Origin: Phaeosaccion multiseriatum
Lineage: Eukaryota; Protista; Ochrophyta, other classes
Direction of reading: 5' to 3'
DNA: 64,000 bases
Assembly (NCBI GenBank): GCA_965112735.1
Contig: OZ218960.1
Span: 1,984,001 to 2,048,000, forward strand
This document shows positions 39,764 through 52,336 of this stretch, piece by piece; positions within the stretch are counted from its first letter, which is position 1; every line of letters begins with the position of its first letter. Under the pieces are notes generated by a model. It had not been told where the DNA came from, searched no databases, and saw only the letters and a list, made by a program, of their open reading frames with translations. The translations under genes and the position numbers were made by a program.

Positions 39764-41022
39764 TCACGCCCATGCAGGCACTCGGGGGTGGGGGGGGGGC
39801 TTCTTGGATGAGAGACTTTTCTTGGCCAGGCCCTCCGACAGGTTCTTGGCGCGTGAGAAGGACGCGTTGTTACGGACTGGGGTCATCTGCTGCGGTGAGT
39901 CCTGCCGCTGCTTTGGCACAAAGTCTGTGGGAGCTGCCACCCTGTCGTTGCTGCCGTCGCCACCACCCGTTCCTTCATCGAGATTGGCCCTCTCGTCCTC
40001 TTCCCCCCAGGTTCCGCATAGGGCCTGTGTGAAGAAGGTCAGGAAGGACAAGGGCTCGTCTTCTCCCTCTGTCTTGTTCGCCTGCTGACTGCCGCCCGAC
40101 TTGCCGCCACGTAGGTCGCCCTCCATCTTGCTCATGCGCTGACTGCGCTCCACCTCTCGCTGTGGTGGGAGGGCACGGCACAAACGACAACAAGCAAAGC
40201 ACGAAAGACATTGGCGTTAAGGAGTGCACCACCAAAGAACAGCCAGTCATAGACGGGAAAGAGAGAGGTCTAGGAAGTATCAGGGCCCGGGCCGTTTGGA
40301 CTTACGTGCTGCTTGTTCTGCTCCAACTGCTTGACTTTGCCCTCCATCCGCTGGAGCCTTTCGGTGGTTAGCTGCAGCTTGCGCTTGAGGATGTCGTTCT
40401 TCATCTTGTTGTACTCGTTGCTTGTCAAAGCCGAGCTTAGGTCATTGCCGAAAGAAGACACGGAGGATGAAGAAGAGGAAGAGGTGGAGGAGGTGGCAGA
40501 ATCGGGGGTTTTCGGAACCCCCACAACGCCACTCCACAGGGGCCCGTTCCCGCCAACCCGGCCTATCCTTCCCGTAGTGCTTCCGTACCCAGCAGACAGA
40601 TCCACGGTGCTCCTGCTGCCACTGCTCCTGCTCCTGCTGCCGACGCTGCTGTCGCAGTCCATATCCTCCTCCTCAGCAGTGTCACTGTCGTCCTCATCAC
40701 TGTCACTGTCCTCGTCGCTGTCACTGTCCGTCTCATCCTCGCTGTCACTACTATCATCACTGGTATCATCACTGATACTGCTGCTGTCGGAGTCGCTGCT
40801 GTCCTCTGCATCCTCGTACGCTGCCTGGCCCCTCCGCGGTCCCGCGGCCCCGACGCCCCCTGCTGCTCTGCAAGGGACGTGAGGGTAGTGATGGGTCGGG
40901 TGGGCACTCGAGCGGCTCGACGCAGCAAGCTTGGGAGACATTAGCGCCTTCACCGACAAGCCGGCAGACGAGGTCTTCTTGGTCAACCATTTCCTGCCCG
41001 ATCCCTTGCCGTTCTCCGTCAT
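39764..41022 (-). CDS. Hypothetical Ser/Asp-rich protein with short coiled coil (2 exons)
   Basis: ORF 41022-40306 with donor KQH|GTAAGT spliced to REVERSQRMSKMEG; no recognised domain. Confidence 0.45.
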
Positions 41023-41936
41023 CTCCAGCCAAGCGCCCCCACAATTTTGGTCAGCGGCTCTGACTGCCTACTCAGCCCTGCTCAAGGACCTAGCTAAGAA
41101 CGAGCTGAGCACAGTCGTAAACATGGATTGCAAAGACAGCAAGGGCCGAGAGAAAAGACTGTGAGGAGAGAGAGCAAATGCGCGGGGCGGAGGCGAGGGG
41201 GAAGGACGGGGGAAGACCGTGGGGCAGCAGGACCTGACCGGTGAGGCCCAGGGTGGGGGCCGCACCAGCGACCAGCACGGCGCCGTAGACGGCAGTTGAC
41301 TGCCAGCCTCCCACCCCGTGCACGTGCTCTAATTAGCAACGACTCAAACCTCCTCTCCCCCGGAAAGCGTTGCTTACGTGATACGGCGTCTTCAGCGAGA
41401 GAAGAGTTGACCAGGCAGTGGCAACCCCAGCCGACGCAGCGAATGGAGAGGCGCAGATGGTGCAGTGGGCCTGGAGATGATGCCACCGGTCTACAGTAGA
41501 GTCCAAGCGTCGGCGTCTGAGCAACTGCGGCAGATGGATGTCAGAGATATACACTCAGAGCTCCAAAAGCGCGAGTTGAAATCGGAAGCCGGGTGAGTCA
41601 AAAGGCCCGCAACAGTGGCATCATTTCCCTTTGATGGTGCTCGTACGACAGCTGTCTAGTGGGGTGCGGGTTGCAGCAGCAGGTGAAGCGATGGGAAAAG
41701 GCAGTTGGGGATTTCGTTCGTCTGTACGTGACTTGATGTGAGAGTGGATGTATTTCTTATGTTCTTTTGACCAGGCTCCTCGGAGGTATCCAAACCAATT
41801 TCCTTTTCAGTTTCATGGACGTTAAAATCTGCGAACGATTTAAATTATTACCGTCGCCTTCTCCATGACCCCGAGCAAGGCTGTCATCGACGAGAGAAAG
41901 GGGACACACACACACACACGCTCGAACACGCTAACA

Positions 41937-42117
41937 TCGACCCCTGACGCACTATCGCCCACATTCTCAACGCGCTATCGCCCGCCGGCCGATAGCAGAT
42001 AGCGGATCGGCTAGCGCCGGCGATAGCGGATAGCCCCCCGGCTAGCGCCGGCGATAGCGGATAGCGCGCCGGCTGGCGCCGGCGATAACGGATAGCGGAT
42101 AGTCCGTCAGGGGTCGA
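41937..42117. mobile_element. MITE-like element with 13-bp perfect TIR and internal GATAGCG/GC-hairpin repeats
   Basis: TCGACCCCTGACG (41937-41949) / CGTCAGGGGTCGA (42105-42117); flanks CGCTAACA / CACTAACA. Confidence 0.8.
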
Positions 42118-42458
42118 CACTAACACGAACACAGAGAGGTACTGGCACAATAACGATAATTTCATACCTCCCTTTCGATAGCCACGTTGACGCCGGCGAT
42201 AGGGTGATTGAGGTTTTCCCATCACAGAATACAGCCGTCCCATCACGGGGTGCTGGCCTAAATGGGCATAAAAAAGTCACAACACGGGGTTAATAATATG
42301 TAAAAAAATCCCTTTTTTTCTTCTATGTTTCCATTGACTACTAGGCCGATTCGTGTGCCGCGAGTGCGGTGAGTGTAGAGAATTTCTGTGACTTCCATGT
42401 CCAGCAGTATGGAGTCTTAAAGAAGAGGAGAGAAACCCACCCTAACCGTACCTCGTAT

Positions 42459-42560
42459 TCGACCCCTGACGCATATCGCCCGGGGGGGGGCGATAGCGCG
42501 CTATCCCGACCGATAGCGGATAGCGGATCGGCTGGCGCCGGCGATAGCGGATAGCACGCC
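42459..42560. mobile_element. Truncated second copy of the 41937 element
   Basis: TCGACCCCTGACGCA left end plus GATAGCGGATAGC and GGCTGGCGCCGGC repeats; no right TIR. Confidence 0.65.
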
Positions 42561-42974
42561 CCCACAACCCCCCCCCCCCCTGGCGCGGCGACAGGGCGAA
42601 AAAAAATGAACTGGGGGACTGGGGGACGGGGACCATAGAAAATTGAGAGGCTCGATGCCAGAAATCGAGTGCAAACGTAACGACAATTTTTCTGCAATTT
42701 TTGCCAAAATCCAGGCGACTCCTTTAATAGAGAGAGAGACGGCAGGATAAGGAGGGAGGGCCTGAAGAGCCGGGGCATTAAACCTTCAGCAGTGCAGAGT
42801 GGTAGTGAGAATGGGAGAATCATGAAAGATCGATTTAGGCCTGGCTGGCGGCCTAACATGTAAGGACAGTTGGAGCGACTGCTGACTGAGTAGGGCGACG
42901 ACTTCTGCGCCGCGAGTGCTGCGGTGCGTGTAGACCTTCTGCGACTTCCAGCAGGGGAAGAACTCTCTGAAGGG

Positions 42975-45632
42975 ATGAGCTCACCGCAGAGCCCGACCAT
43001 GATGGCGAGTCCGAACAATGGTGGCGGGGGAAATGCTCGCGGTGGTGGGGGTGGTCGCTCTTTGATGAAGAAGGCAAGCATGATTCCAGGCACCATGCCT
43101 GCATCAAGCGGGTCCAAGCTGGCTCCGATCCAAAGTACGCTCGACGTGCCTCCTGCAGGAGGGGTGGGTGGAAAGCCCCGAAAGCCCTTCGGCAAGAAGG
43201 ACCTGGTGGAGGCGGTACGCAAGATGCAGACTTGTCAGTCCGTGAGCACGGGAAAGCTCCTAGAGATGAGCAGGAATGGCGGCGCATCTCTAGGAGGAGG
43301 AGGTAGCATGCTCAGTGGAGAGTCCTCCATGATGAAGAAGGGCGGTAAGGGGGGCAAGCGGATGCGCCGGACAGAGGAGGGGGCGGGAGGCGGGGGCCAA
43401 GTGCGCGTGATGGAAAGTGGAGTCATCACGACCAGTCGCCGGCTCAACGACCTTCGCAACATGGCCGAGCGAAAGGCGACAGAGCTGCAACAAAAGTACA
43501 CAACTCTTGAGATGCTCAAGGTGGAAGATGTTGCGCTCTCCAAGATGAAGGAAGGCGACACCCCGGACAGCAATCGCATCTCCGCGTTACGCAAGGAGAT
43601 TGATGAGGCCAACAGAGAGACGGAGGAGAAGCTACACTATCGGCGGAAGTTGCAGCATATTTTGCGTAGACTCAAGACCAATCAAGTGAGACTTGATGCC
43701 CACCTCAACGGTATGGAGGACACGTACATTGGGGCGAGTAAGGAGCGGGAAGTCGTCGAGTCGCTGGCGAGGCAGCTCGAGGGAGGCAGGACCAAGGGGG
43801 TGCTAGACTATGAGGACTTAAAGTACGCAGTCAGCATGGAGAGAGCAGAGAGGGCGAAGGTCATGGCAGTGAAGGAGCAGCAGGCAAGCACAGCGAGGAA
43901 GATGGAGAGGTGGAGGCAGGAAAGAGAGCTCTCTCGCATCGCCATGGCACAGTCCATCCGGGGCGACCTGACCGACGAACAGGTGCGGCTTGGGGGGGCT
44001 GCTCTGTACACTATCGTGCCTTTTCTGTCACTTCTGAACCCAGCACCGTCCCCTCCTCTCGTTTGCGCATTGACAGGAGATTGCTCTGCTACGCAACATT
44101 AATGACAAGGAGTCTCAGCTTGCCGCCCTCGTGGCATCCCACGACGATCGCACAAAGAAAGTGGCCAAGCTGGAGAGCATGTTTGCGGCCATTGCACAGG
44201 CCACAGGGGCAGTCACCTTGGAGGAGATGGTGAGTGGGGAGGCAGTGCATTCATGGAGAGTGAGTGTGTTTCTGCCTTGTGTGGATGTTCTCACCCACTG
44301 CTGCTGCTGGGCTTGTTGTTGTTGTTGTTGTTGTTGTTGTTGATTGATGGACACAGGTGGCCAAGTTCACAAACCAAGAGATGAACAGAGTGGCCCTGGA
44401 GGAGGAGAAGACGGAGGTGGAGGCCAAGCTCACTGCGGCCAAGCTCGCCAAGGAGACGCTGGAGCAGAGATTTGCGCAGATGAAGGCCAACGGCGTCGGC
44501 AACACCGAGCTCAACCGAGAGATTAGCGACGCCCTCGCGGACTCCACAGCCGAGGCGCGCACGGGCAGCAAGAAGCACAAGGCCAACTCGGAGAGGCTGG
44601 AGACGACTCTGGTGGGCGTGAGGCAAGGGGCGCTGGGGCTATGCCATCGCCTGCAGCCCTTCTATGACATGCTCACCGCGTCGGACGACATTCCCGAGCG
44701 CATGGAGGAGGAGCGTGCCGTGGACGGGCACGAGATGGACACAGAGGCGGCCCGGAGTCTCTCGCTCAGCGAAAGCATCCTCAGGTGCGTTTGCCCGTCT
44801 TCCATGTGGAAACATCGGCTCTCTCTTTCTCTCTCCCTGTTTCTTGCCTTGTTCGTCGTGCTATACTTTTAGCGCCTTGTATGTGTGGGATATGAGTGTA
44901 ACCACATCCCCTTTCTTCCCTCCCTCTAAACCTGTTTCCTTCAGCAAAATGCTTGAGATGGGCAGCGAGGCTTCGTCGGTGACACGCGTGACCGCAGAGG
45001 ACGACAGTGACATGGGCAGTCTGGGCGGGTCGGCAGCCATCATAGAGGCCAGGCAGGACCCGTCGCTGGACGAAATGCCGAGCATGCGCCACAATGTTCG
45101 CGTCAAGAGCGAGTACATGCTCCGGCACCTGGAGGAGGCTGCAGACGCGGACGACGACGACGCCACCCTGGGCAACGGACTGACCCAGTCTGGAGCGGGG
45201 GAGGGCGGGGACGGAGGAACAGGGGCAGGTGGGGGGGGGGGGGGCGGCGGCGGAGGAGGAGGAGCAGGTGGTGGGGCCGACGACGACGGAGCGAGTGAGC
45301 TGCTGGACAGCGAAGACGAAGCCGCTGTAGAGGACATGGTGCCGTCGAGGCACTTCCTCAAGCTCTGCGCCACTCGGCAGCACTGTGAAGTGGTGCGAAA
45401 GATGGAGGCGGCGGAGAAGAAGAAGGTGCTCGAGGAGAGGCTGGCGGCAGCCGACGAGACGGAGAAAGCCACCCTCACCAGCAAGCTGGCTCGGAAACGA
45501 CAGCAGGACGAAGCTATGGCGCGCATTTGCATGCCCGTGTCCCACATTAGTCTGCCCAGCGGTGTGTCCATCCGCGACGACGTGTACACCAAGGCGCAGG
45601 CCTTCCTCACGCAGGTGCCCAACTTGGACTAG
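42975..45632 (+). CDS. Coiled-coil protein resembling outer dynein arm docking complex subunits (ODAD/CCDC151-like), 4 exons
   Basis: Long heptad-rich ORF; LESMFAAIAQATGAVTLEEMVAKFTNQE resembles the ODA-DC signature. Confidence 0.6.
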
Positions 45633-45822
45633 GTAGGCATGCTTGATGCAGGGTGGCGACGACGTGTACACCAAGGCGCAGGCCTTCCTCACGCAGGTGC
45701 CCAACTTGGACTAGGTAGGCATGCTTGATGCAGGGTGGCGACGACGTGTACACCAAGGCGCAGACCTTCCTCACGCAGGTGCCCAACTTGGACTAGGTAG
45801 GCATGCTTGATGCAGGGTGGCG
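45574..45822. repeat. 82-bp tandem triplication spanning the stop codon of the coiled-coil gene
   Basis: Units start at 45574, 45656, 45738; one substitution in the third copy. Confidence 0.9.
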
Positions 45823-46190
45823 TACAGAGGCGGGGGGGGGGGAGGGGAGGGGGAGGGGGAGAGCACAATTGGACGTGTAGTGGGTGGGGGAGCAGACAGC
45901 CGACCCGATCCAACCCGACTGGACAAAGTAGTAGTATCAAATCGTATTATTATAAACACTCACAATTACTTTTCTATTTCTTCCCTCACTGTCGGAGGAC
46001 CACAGGAAACTACATTCCACCCCTCCTCATCTTTTTTTAGCAGCAGTGCCAAACTGCAGCACTTCCTTCTTTCCTAGCACTCCCCACGCTCTTAAGCCGC
46101 TAATCAATCGTATACACAAAACAAACAGGAGCGAGCGCTCACTTCGTCGCCCACCCCCCCCACCCCTCCCTCTACACACAGTGCACGGCT

Positions 46191-47501
46191 CTACATGCTC
46201 TTGTAGAACACAATGTCCTCATCGTCCTCCACGCAGCGGCAGCACGTGTACGACCTCCACAGCGCCTTGGGGATGGGCGTGTTGTCACTCATGTAGTAGT
46301 CGCCAAGCACGCCCTTGATGGCCTCTGTTGCCTCCTGCGCGTGGTAGAAGGGCATCTTGCTAAACACGTGGTGGCACACGTGCGTGTCGGCAATGTGGTG
46401 GATGGCGTGGTCGATCAACGGCCCGAATGAGCGGTCGACTGTGCACAGGGCGCCCCTGAACCACGTCCACTCCTTGCCGCGGAAGTGGGGCATGTTGACG
46501 TCCGTGTGCTGCAGGTACGTGATGAGCACGAGGTAGCCGTTGCAAATAAAGTACGGCACGAGATAGTAGCAGAATACCGTCGCGAACCCGAGAGCGTAGA
46601 AGGCGTAGACCAGGCCCGCCAAGGCTGCAAAGAAGCCAATGTCGCTAACGATAATGTCCTTCACATCCCGCTCTTCAAACATGACTGCCCAGGGGTTGAA
46701 ATGGCTGCGCGGCTTGTTGTTGTACTTGGTAGGGCCCGTCGCGTTCAATAACAGATAGCCGGGCATCCATCCCACCGTGAGCATCACGACGATGAAAAAT
46801 GCTTGCGTCAGGGGAGCCTCCTGGAGGACTTCCCCGGCCAGGGCCGACCTTGTGGTGGGGCAGAACACTTCATCATGCTCACACGACCCCGTGTTGCTGT
46901 GGTGCTTGGCGTGCGTAATCCTCCAGCTATGGTACGGCACGAACAGCGCACTGTGACAGATGAGCCCCACGAAATCGTTAGCCGTCTTGCTGGCAGAAAA
47001 CGACTGATGCCCACACTCGTGCGCCAGCACCCACACGCCAGTAAACACCGTGCCCTGCACAAACCAGTACAGCGGCCACAGCAGCCACGAGGCGTACGAA
47101 GGAAGCGACTCGTGGTTGATCCAAGTGGCGGCGTAGCCCAGGCACGCGATTTGGATCAAGTCCATCGCGAGGTGGGTCAGGCCCTTGCTGAGGCTGCGCT
47201 CGAAGCAGTGCGCGGGAATCGCCTTCTTCACCTGCGTCAGGCCGAAAGGCGGAGGCGCCAGAGGAAGAGGCTTGGGTGCCGGCCACCGGTGGGTGATACC
47301 CTTCGCGTAAGGCGCCAGCGCCTCCAGCAGATCGGCCTTGCCATCGCTACCCGCCTTCACTCCCAAAAGAGTGGCATCTTTGCGCAGCTGTTCCACCGGC
47401 CGCTTGCCCAGCAGCGCCATGGAAGCGGCATCTGCCTTCTCCACCGCTAACACTGCTGCCGCCTTCCTCCCCTCCGTGACATTCTCTCCTCCTCGCCCCA
47501 T
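46191..47501 (-). CDS. FAD2: Delta-12 (omega-6) fatty acid desaturase, intronless
   Basis: KKAIPAHCFERS; His boxes HECGH, HAKHH, HVCHH; ITYLQHT. Confidence 0.93.
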   Translation of the reverse strand: MGRGGENVTEGRKAAAVLAVEKADAASMALLGKRPVEQLRKDATLLGVKAGSDGKADLLEALAPYAKGITHRWPAPKPLPLAPPPFGLTQVKKAIPAHCFERSLSKGLTHLAMDLIQIACLGYAATWINHESLPSYASWLLWPLYWFVQGTVFTGVWVLAHECGHQSFSASKTANDFVGLICHSALFVPYHSWRITHAKHHSNTGSCEHDEVFCPTTRSALAGEVLQEAPLTQAFFIVVMLTVGWMPGYLLLNATGPTKYNNKPRSHFNPWAVMFEERDVKDIIVSDIGFFAALAGLVYAFYALGFATVFCYYLVPYFICNGYLVLITYLQHTDVNMPHFRGKEWTWFRGALCTVDRSFGPLIDHAIHHIADTHVCHHVFSKMPFYHAQEATEAIKGVLGDYYMSDNTPIPKALWRSYTCCRCVEDDEDIVFYKSM

Positions 47502-47929
47502 GATGACTCTTAGTGATCACTAACGGCGTGTAATTATAGGCCAGGCAAAGTGACGTCGCGGGAACATTCGCCCCCCCGGGAGCCGTTTCACTCACAGGGA
47601 ACACGTTGGTTCTTCAGGGCTCCCGGTTTCCGTTTCCGGACGCGTGGGCATAATAAAACACGTCTGCAGCCGGTATACAAGTACGGCACAGCAGCGGCAC
47701 AGGGGCCACGAACACAGAAAAAAAAATGCTTGTTCAAAAATCAGCGAAGCGCCCAGGCCTGCGGAGAGAAGGGAGGACGCGCACATGCCGCTTGCTCCTT
47801 CCCCTCGCTGCTCTGGAGCCCGCCAAACCATCACTGACACCGCCGCCTCGCTCTCTCCCTCTCTGTCAATGACGCCTGCTCGCTCGCTCGCTGCAAGCTT
47901 CCCAACTAGGTAGAGTACTTGACGTCTAA

Positions 47930-50159
47930 TTAGGTCGAGTACTTGGCGTCAAAGGTCTTCTTAATCTCGTCCATGAACGCGGGCGTCATGAGGTACTGGT
48001 CCTCCGTGACCCCCCACCCGTGCATGCAAATAGCCAGGTCTTTGGTCATGTGCCCCGCCTCCACTGTCTCAATCACCGCAGCCTCCATGTCCCTTGCAAA
48101 CTTCCGCAGCTTCTTGTTGTCGTCGAGCTTTCCGCGGTGCTGCAAGCCTCGGGTCCAGGCAAAGATACTGGCGATGGGGTTGGTGGAGGTGGGCTTGCCC
48201 TTTTGGTACTCGCGCCAGTGGCGGGTCACCGTGCCGTGCGCCGCCTCCGACTCGAGCGTCTTGCCGTCTGGGGCCATGAGGACCGAGGTCATGAGGCCGA
48301 GGGAGCCAAAGCCCTGCGCGACAATGTCTGACTGCACATCGCCGTCGTAGTTTTTGCACGCCCACACGAAGCCTCCTGCTGACTTGAGCGACTGAGCCAC
48401 CATGTCGTCAATCAGCCTGTGCGTGTAGGTGATGCCTCGCGCCTCGTACTGGGCCTGGTACTCCTCCTCGTAAATGTCCTGGAAAATGTCCTTGAAGTTG
48501 CTGTGGGTGGGTAAAGAAGGCCGGGCCGCAAACGGTGCGTGTGTGGTGGGGGAAACGCGGGTTTAAGGCTTAGTTCAGGAACGAGGAGGGATACCAAGAG
48601 GAGGGCACCCATCCTTGGCAAGATTGTGAGGCAGCATGTTACGTGGCGACAAAGCACAAGACACGCATCTCACACACGCACCCATCGTAAGTCTTGAGGA
48701 TGGTGTTCTTGGTGGAGAGGAAGAGATCCCAGCCCTTCTCCAGCGAGTAGCCCAGGCACGAGCGCGCAAAGGCCCTGATGCTCTCGTCCGTGTTGTACAT
48801 GGCCATGCCCACCCCGCCCCCCTCGGGGAAGTCGTACACGTCCCAGCTGGTCTTCTCGCTCCCGTCCTTGGGCGTGAAGGACATTTCAAACTTGCCCTCC
48901 TTGTCCGTCTTAAAGTCCGTCGCGCGGTACTGGTCGCCAAAGGCGTGACGGCCCACAACGATGGGCTTTGTCCAGCCGGGCACGAGGCGGGGGATGTTGG
49001 AGATGACAATGGGCTCGCGGAACACGGTTCCGTTGAGGATGTTACGGATGGTTCCGTTGGGCGATCGCCACATCTTCTTAAGCTTAAACTCCTCCACGCG
49101 CTGCTCGTCGGGGGTGATGGTCGCGCACTTGATGCCTACGCTGTACTCCTGCGTTGCGTGGCGCAAACAAGGGAGGAGGAGGAGGAGGAGGGGGAGGGGG
49201 AGGAGGAGGAGGAGGAGGAGGAGGAGGAGGAGGAGGAGGAGGAGAGGAAGAGGAAGGAGTAGTTCATTCTGTGTGAGGAGAAGACAGTCGTAGTGAGTTT
49301 TGTTTCGAAGGAGGGAGTTGACTGCGTTGTATTCGAAAAAGCCGTCCTTGGGAGAGGAGGGCCGCTCAGTGAGGTTGCAGGCGACAAGCTGATGAAAGCA
49401 AATAAACTATGAGGTGAAAATGTTCCCAGATAAGGTAGAAAGGCGAGGTTGCGGGTCGTCTTTGATGAGGACAAGCAAATCTGAAGCGCAAGAGCGCCCC
49501 CGTCGCCCACCAATTGGCCGCCAGCCCTAAACACACAAGAGATCGTAGAGGGCAGCGCGCTTCGCAAAACGTAGACTGGCCTACATACCGACTCTCAAGT
49601 ACCCTATACCTTGATGGCGTGCGCGGCGTCGATGGTGACCTGATCGTCCGTCTCATCTCGGTGAGGAAGGCCGAGATCAAAGTACTCGATCTTCAGGTCC
49701 ACATATGGGAAGATGAGCTTCTCCTTAATGTCGTTCCAGATCACGCGGGTCATCTCGTCGCCGTCCAGGTCTACCACGGGGTTCTTCACCTGGATCTTCT
49801 CCGCGGCCAGGGCCGTTCGCGAGACTGGGTTTGGTGTGTGGACGCAAGAGAGGGAAGGAACAAGTCGAGGTGAGAGGGAGAAGAGACGGAGGGATGAAGC
49901 ACAGAAGCATTTATTCCGCAAGCCATGCGAGGGCAACACAAGAAGGAGCTCGGGGCCAGAGGTGTTGCTCGAGGCTGCCCCCCCCCCCCTCAGCGGTTGA
50001 AAAGAAGATGGCCTGCTGCGAAAGAAAGGAATTTTAAAAGTGGATCCTGAGGATCGCACAGCACTCACAGTTGCGTACAGTGGAGCCTCTGGCGGATGCC
50101 TTCAGTAGCTGCGACGAGCAAAAGGCCATCCTCATGCTTGATGTCGCTGCAGTAGCCAT
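47930..50159 (-). CDS. IDH: NADP-dependent isocitrate dehydrogenase with transit peptide, 4 exons
   Basis: [68 protein letters not shown]. Confidence 0.96.
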
Positions 50160-50313
50160 GTCAGAGAGTCGGGGAGCAGACAGAGCAATTGCTAGGCTTT
50201 GAAGGCAAGTAGGATTTGATGTCAATGAAACCCCGGGGGGTTGGCCTCCTGGATGGAGCGGGCTGCATTAACCAGTGCTTTGTCCATCTCGCCGGCAACT
50301 GAGCATCTGAATA

Positions 50314-51296
50314 ATGGCTGACCGAGGTGGAGGAGGTGGAGGAGACAGGGGCAGGGGCGGCTTCGGTCGTGGAGACCGCCGCGGGGACCGCGGAAGAGGC
50401 CGTGGCCGCGGCCGTGGCCGCCCTCGTGACGATGACAAGGAGTGGGTGCCTGTGACCAAGCTGGGACGCCTGGTAAAGGAGGGAAAGATCCGCAACATGG
50501 ATGAGATCTTCTTCTTCTCCCTGCCCATCAAGGGTGAGTTGCAAAGAAAACGTTTGAAGTTGGGTGTGCCTCGTGTATGGGGAGAGTGGGCTGTCGTACT
50601 GAACGCGCAACAGCAGCCCCTCTCAACTCCTCGCTCTGGACCTTGGAGTTGAATTGATGTCCTCGCCCTCTATTCTCATTTCCATTCCTTCCCTTTTGCC
50701 TCTCTCTTACTGCTCACACAGAGCACCAGATTGTGGACCTATTCCTCGGCACCAACCTGAAGGATGAGGTGATGAAGATCATGCCTGTCCAGAAGGTGTC
50801 CGCCGCTGGTCAGATCACCCGATTCAAGGCCTTTGTGGCGGTCGGTGACGGCGCCGGTCACGTCGGGCTTGGCGTCAAGTGCGCCAAGGAGGTGGCCACT
50901 GCCATCCGCGGCGCCATCATCAACGCCAAGATGTCCGTGGTGCCCGTCAGACGTGGCTACTGGGGCAAGGCCTCTGGCAAGCCCCATACCGTGCCTTGCA
51001 AGGTGACTGGCAAGTGTGGATCCGTGCGTGTGCGCCTGGTGCCCGCTCCCCGAGGAACTGGCCTCGTTGCCTCGCCCGTGTCTAAGAAGCTCTTGGGCAT
51101 GGCTGGTGTGGAGGATGTGTACTCCTCGGCCCGGGGACACACCCGTACCATGGGTAACTTCATCAAGGCCCTGTACTTTGCTCTCGGCAAGACGTACGGG
51201 TACCTCACCCCCGACCTCTGGGCGCCCACTGTCTTCTCTGCTTCGCCCTTCAAGGAGCACACCGACTACTTGGCTGCCACCGAGATTAAGAAGTAA
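50314..51296 (+). CDS. RPS2: 40S ribosomal protein S2 (uS5), 2 exons
   Basis: RGG-rich N-terminus, [43 protein letters not shown]. Confidence 0.97.
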
Positions 51297-52336
51297 GAAG
51301 TCCTTCTTCTTACTTCTTCTCTTCCGTTTGGAGAAAGCGTTGGACAAGACGCTGCGGTGTGTGTATGCCGGCTTCAGTGGGGCCTTTTGGGATTTGTGGG
51401 GAAAGCGTGGCGAGACGCTGCAGACGCGTATGTGTCGACCTTGCATGACCTGGCCTTAGGGGGGGGAGGTCCATCATCTAAGTGTAATTGCTAAAATGGA
51501 GGACTTCGTTTCGAAAAAATTCTTCTAGTCGTGTTGATTCAATGGCGGGGGGTCGCACACTCGCGCAACTTCGTGGAATTACTTTAGATACTGGGGTGGC
51601 GGCTGTTGCACGGGAGGGCTTGTCTCACCCCTAAGCTGCTTGGGGTGCCCAAGCCCAAGGTGGGGCGTTGGCGTCAGAGCCCGTCAGCTCTCGCTCTCGG
51701 TTTGGCCCTATACCCCGCTTGCCAGCTTTGGGTGGGAGGGACTGAGAGAGAACACTCCCCCCATCAGTGCGGGGGTACCGTTGCGCCGTGCTCCGGGCCC
51801 TCTAGACGTAGTACGGTGGTACCCTTTGACTTCTCTCATGTGCATCCATGCACCAAAGTGCCGAGGCAATTCCCTGGCACCGCTGCATTCTGTGCGAGGC
51901 CGAACCCTATGGGGCTGGAAGGATCTCAAGCCTCCTCCTCCCTCCCTGTCGCCGTCCAAACGAGCCATTCTCTTCTCCTGCCTCCCTCCGTGGCCTTCCT
52001 TCAGCCTCCGGGATGAGACTGACGAGCGTTGCTGTTCACGCGAGGCCCCACTCGTTGTGAACTCTGATGCGGTATCGGTATCGATCGCGGCCAAGTGTAT
52101 CGTATGAATCCCCGGTCCATCTCTCCCCCTTGCACACACTCGGTGCAAAGGCGCTTCCAAGTTGCGACTGCAGGCTCTACGCGTCGCAATCGGTTGCAAA
52201 TCCGTCTGTTACCGTATGATAGAGGTGACAGCGAAAAAGGACGGAAGAGCCGAGTGGACCCTGATTTCCCTATTCTGCACCTGCCACTGCAGGTTCGCAG
52301 TATAGCGAAGTATGTTTTCTCTGATTCGGTTCCCCA

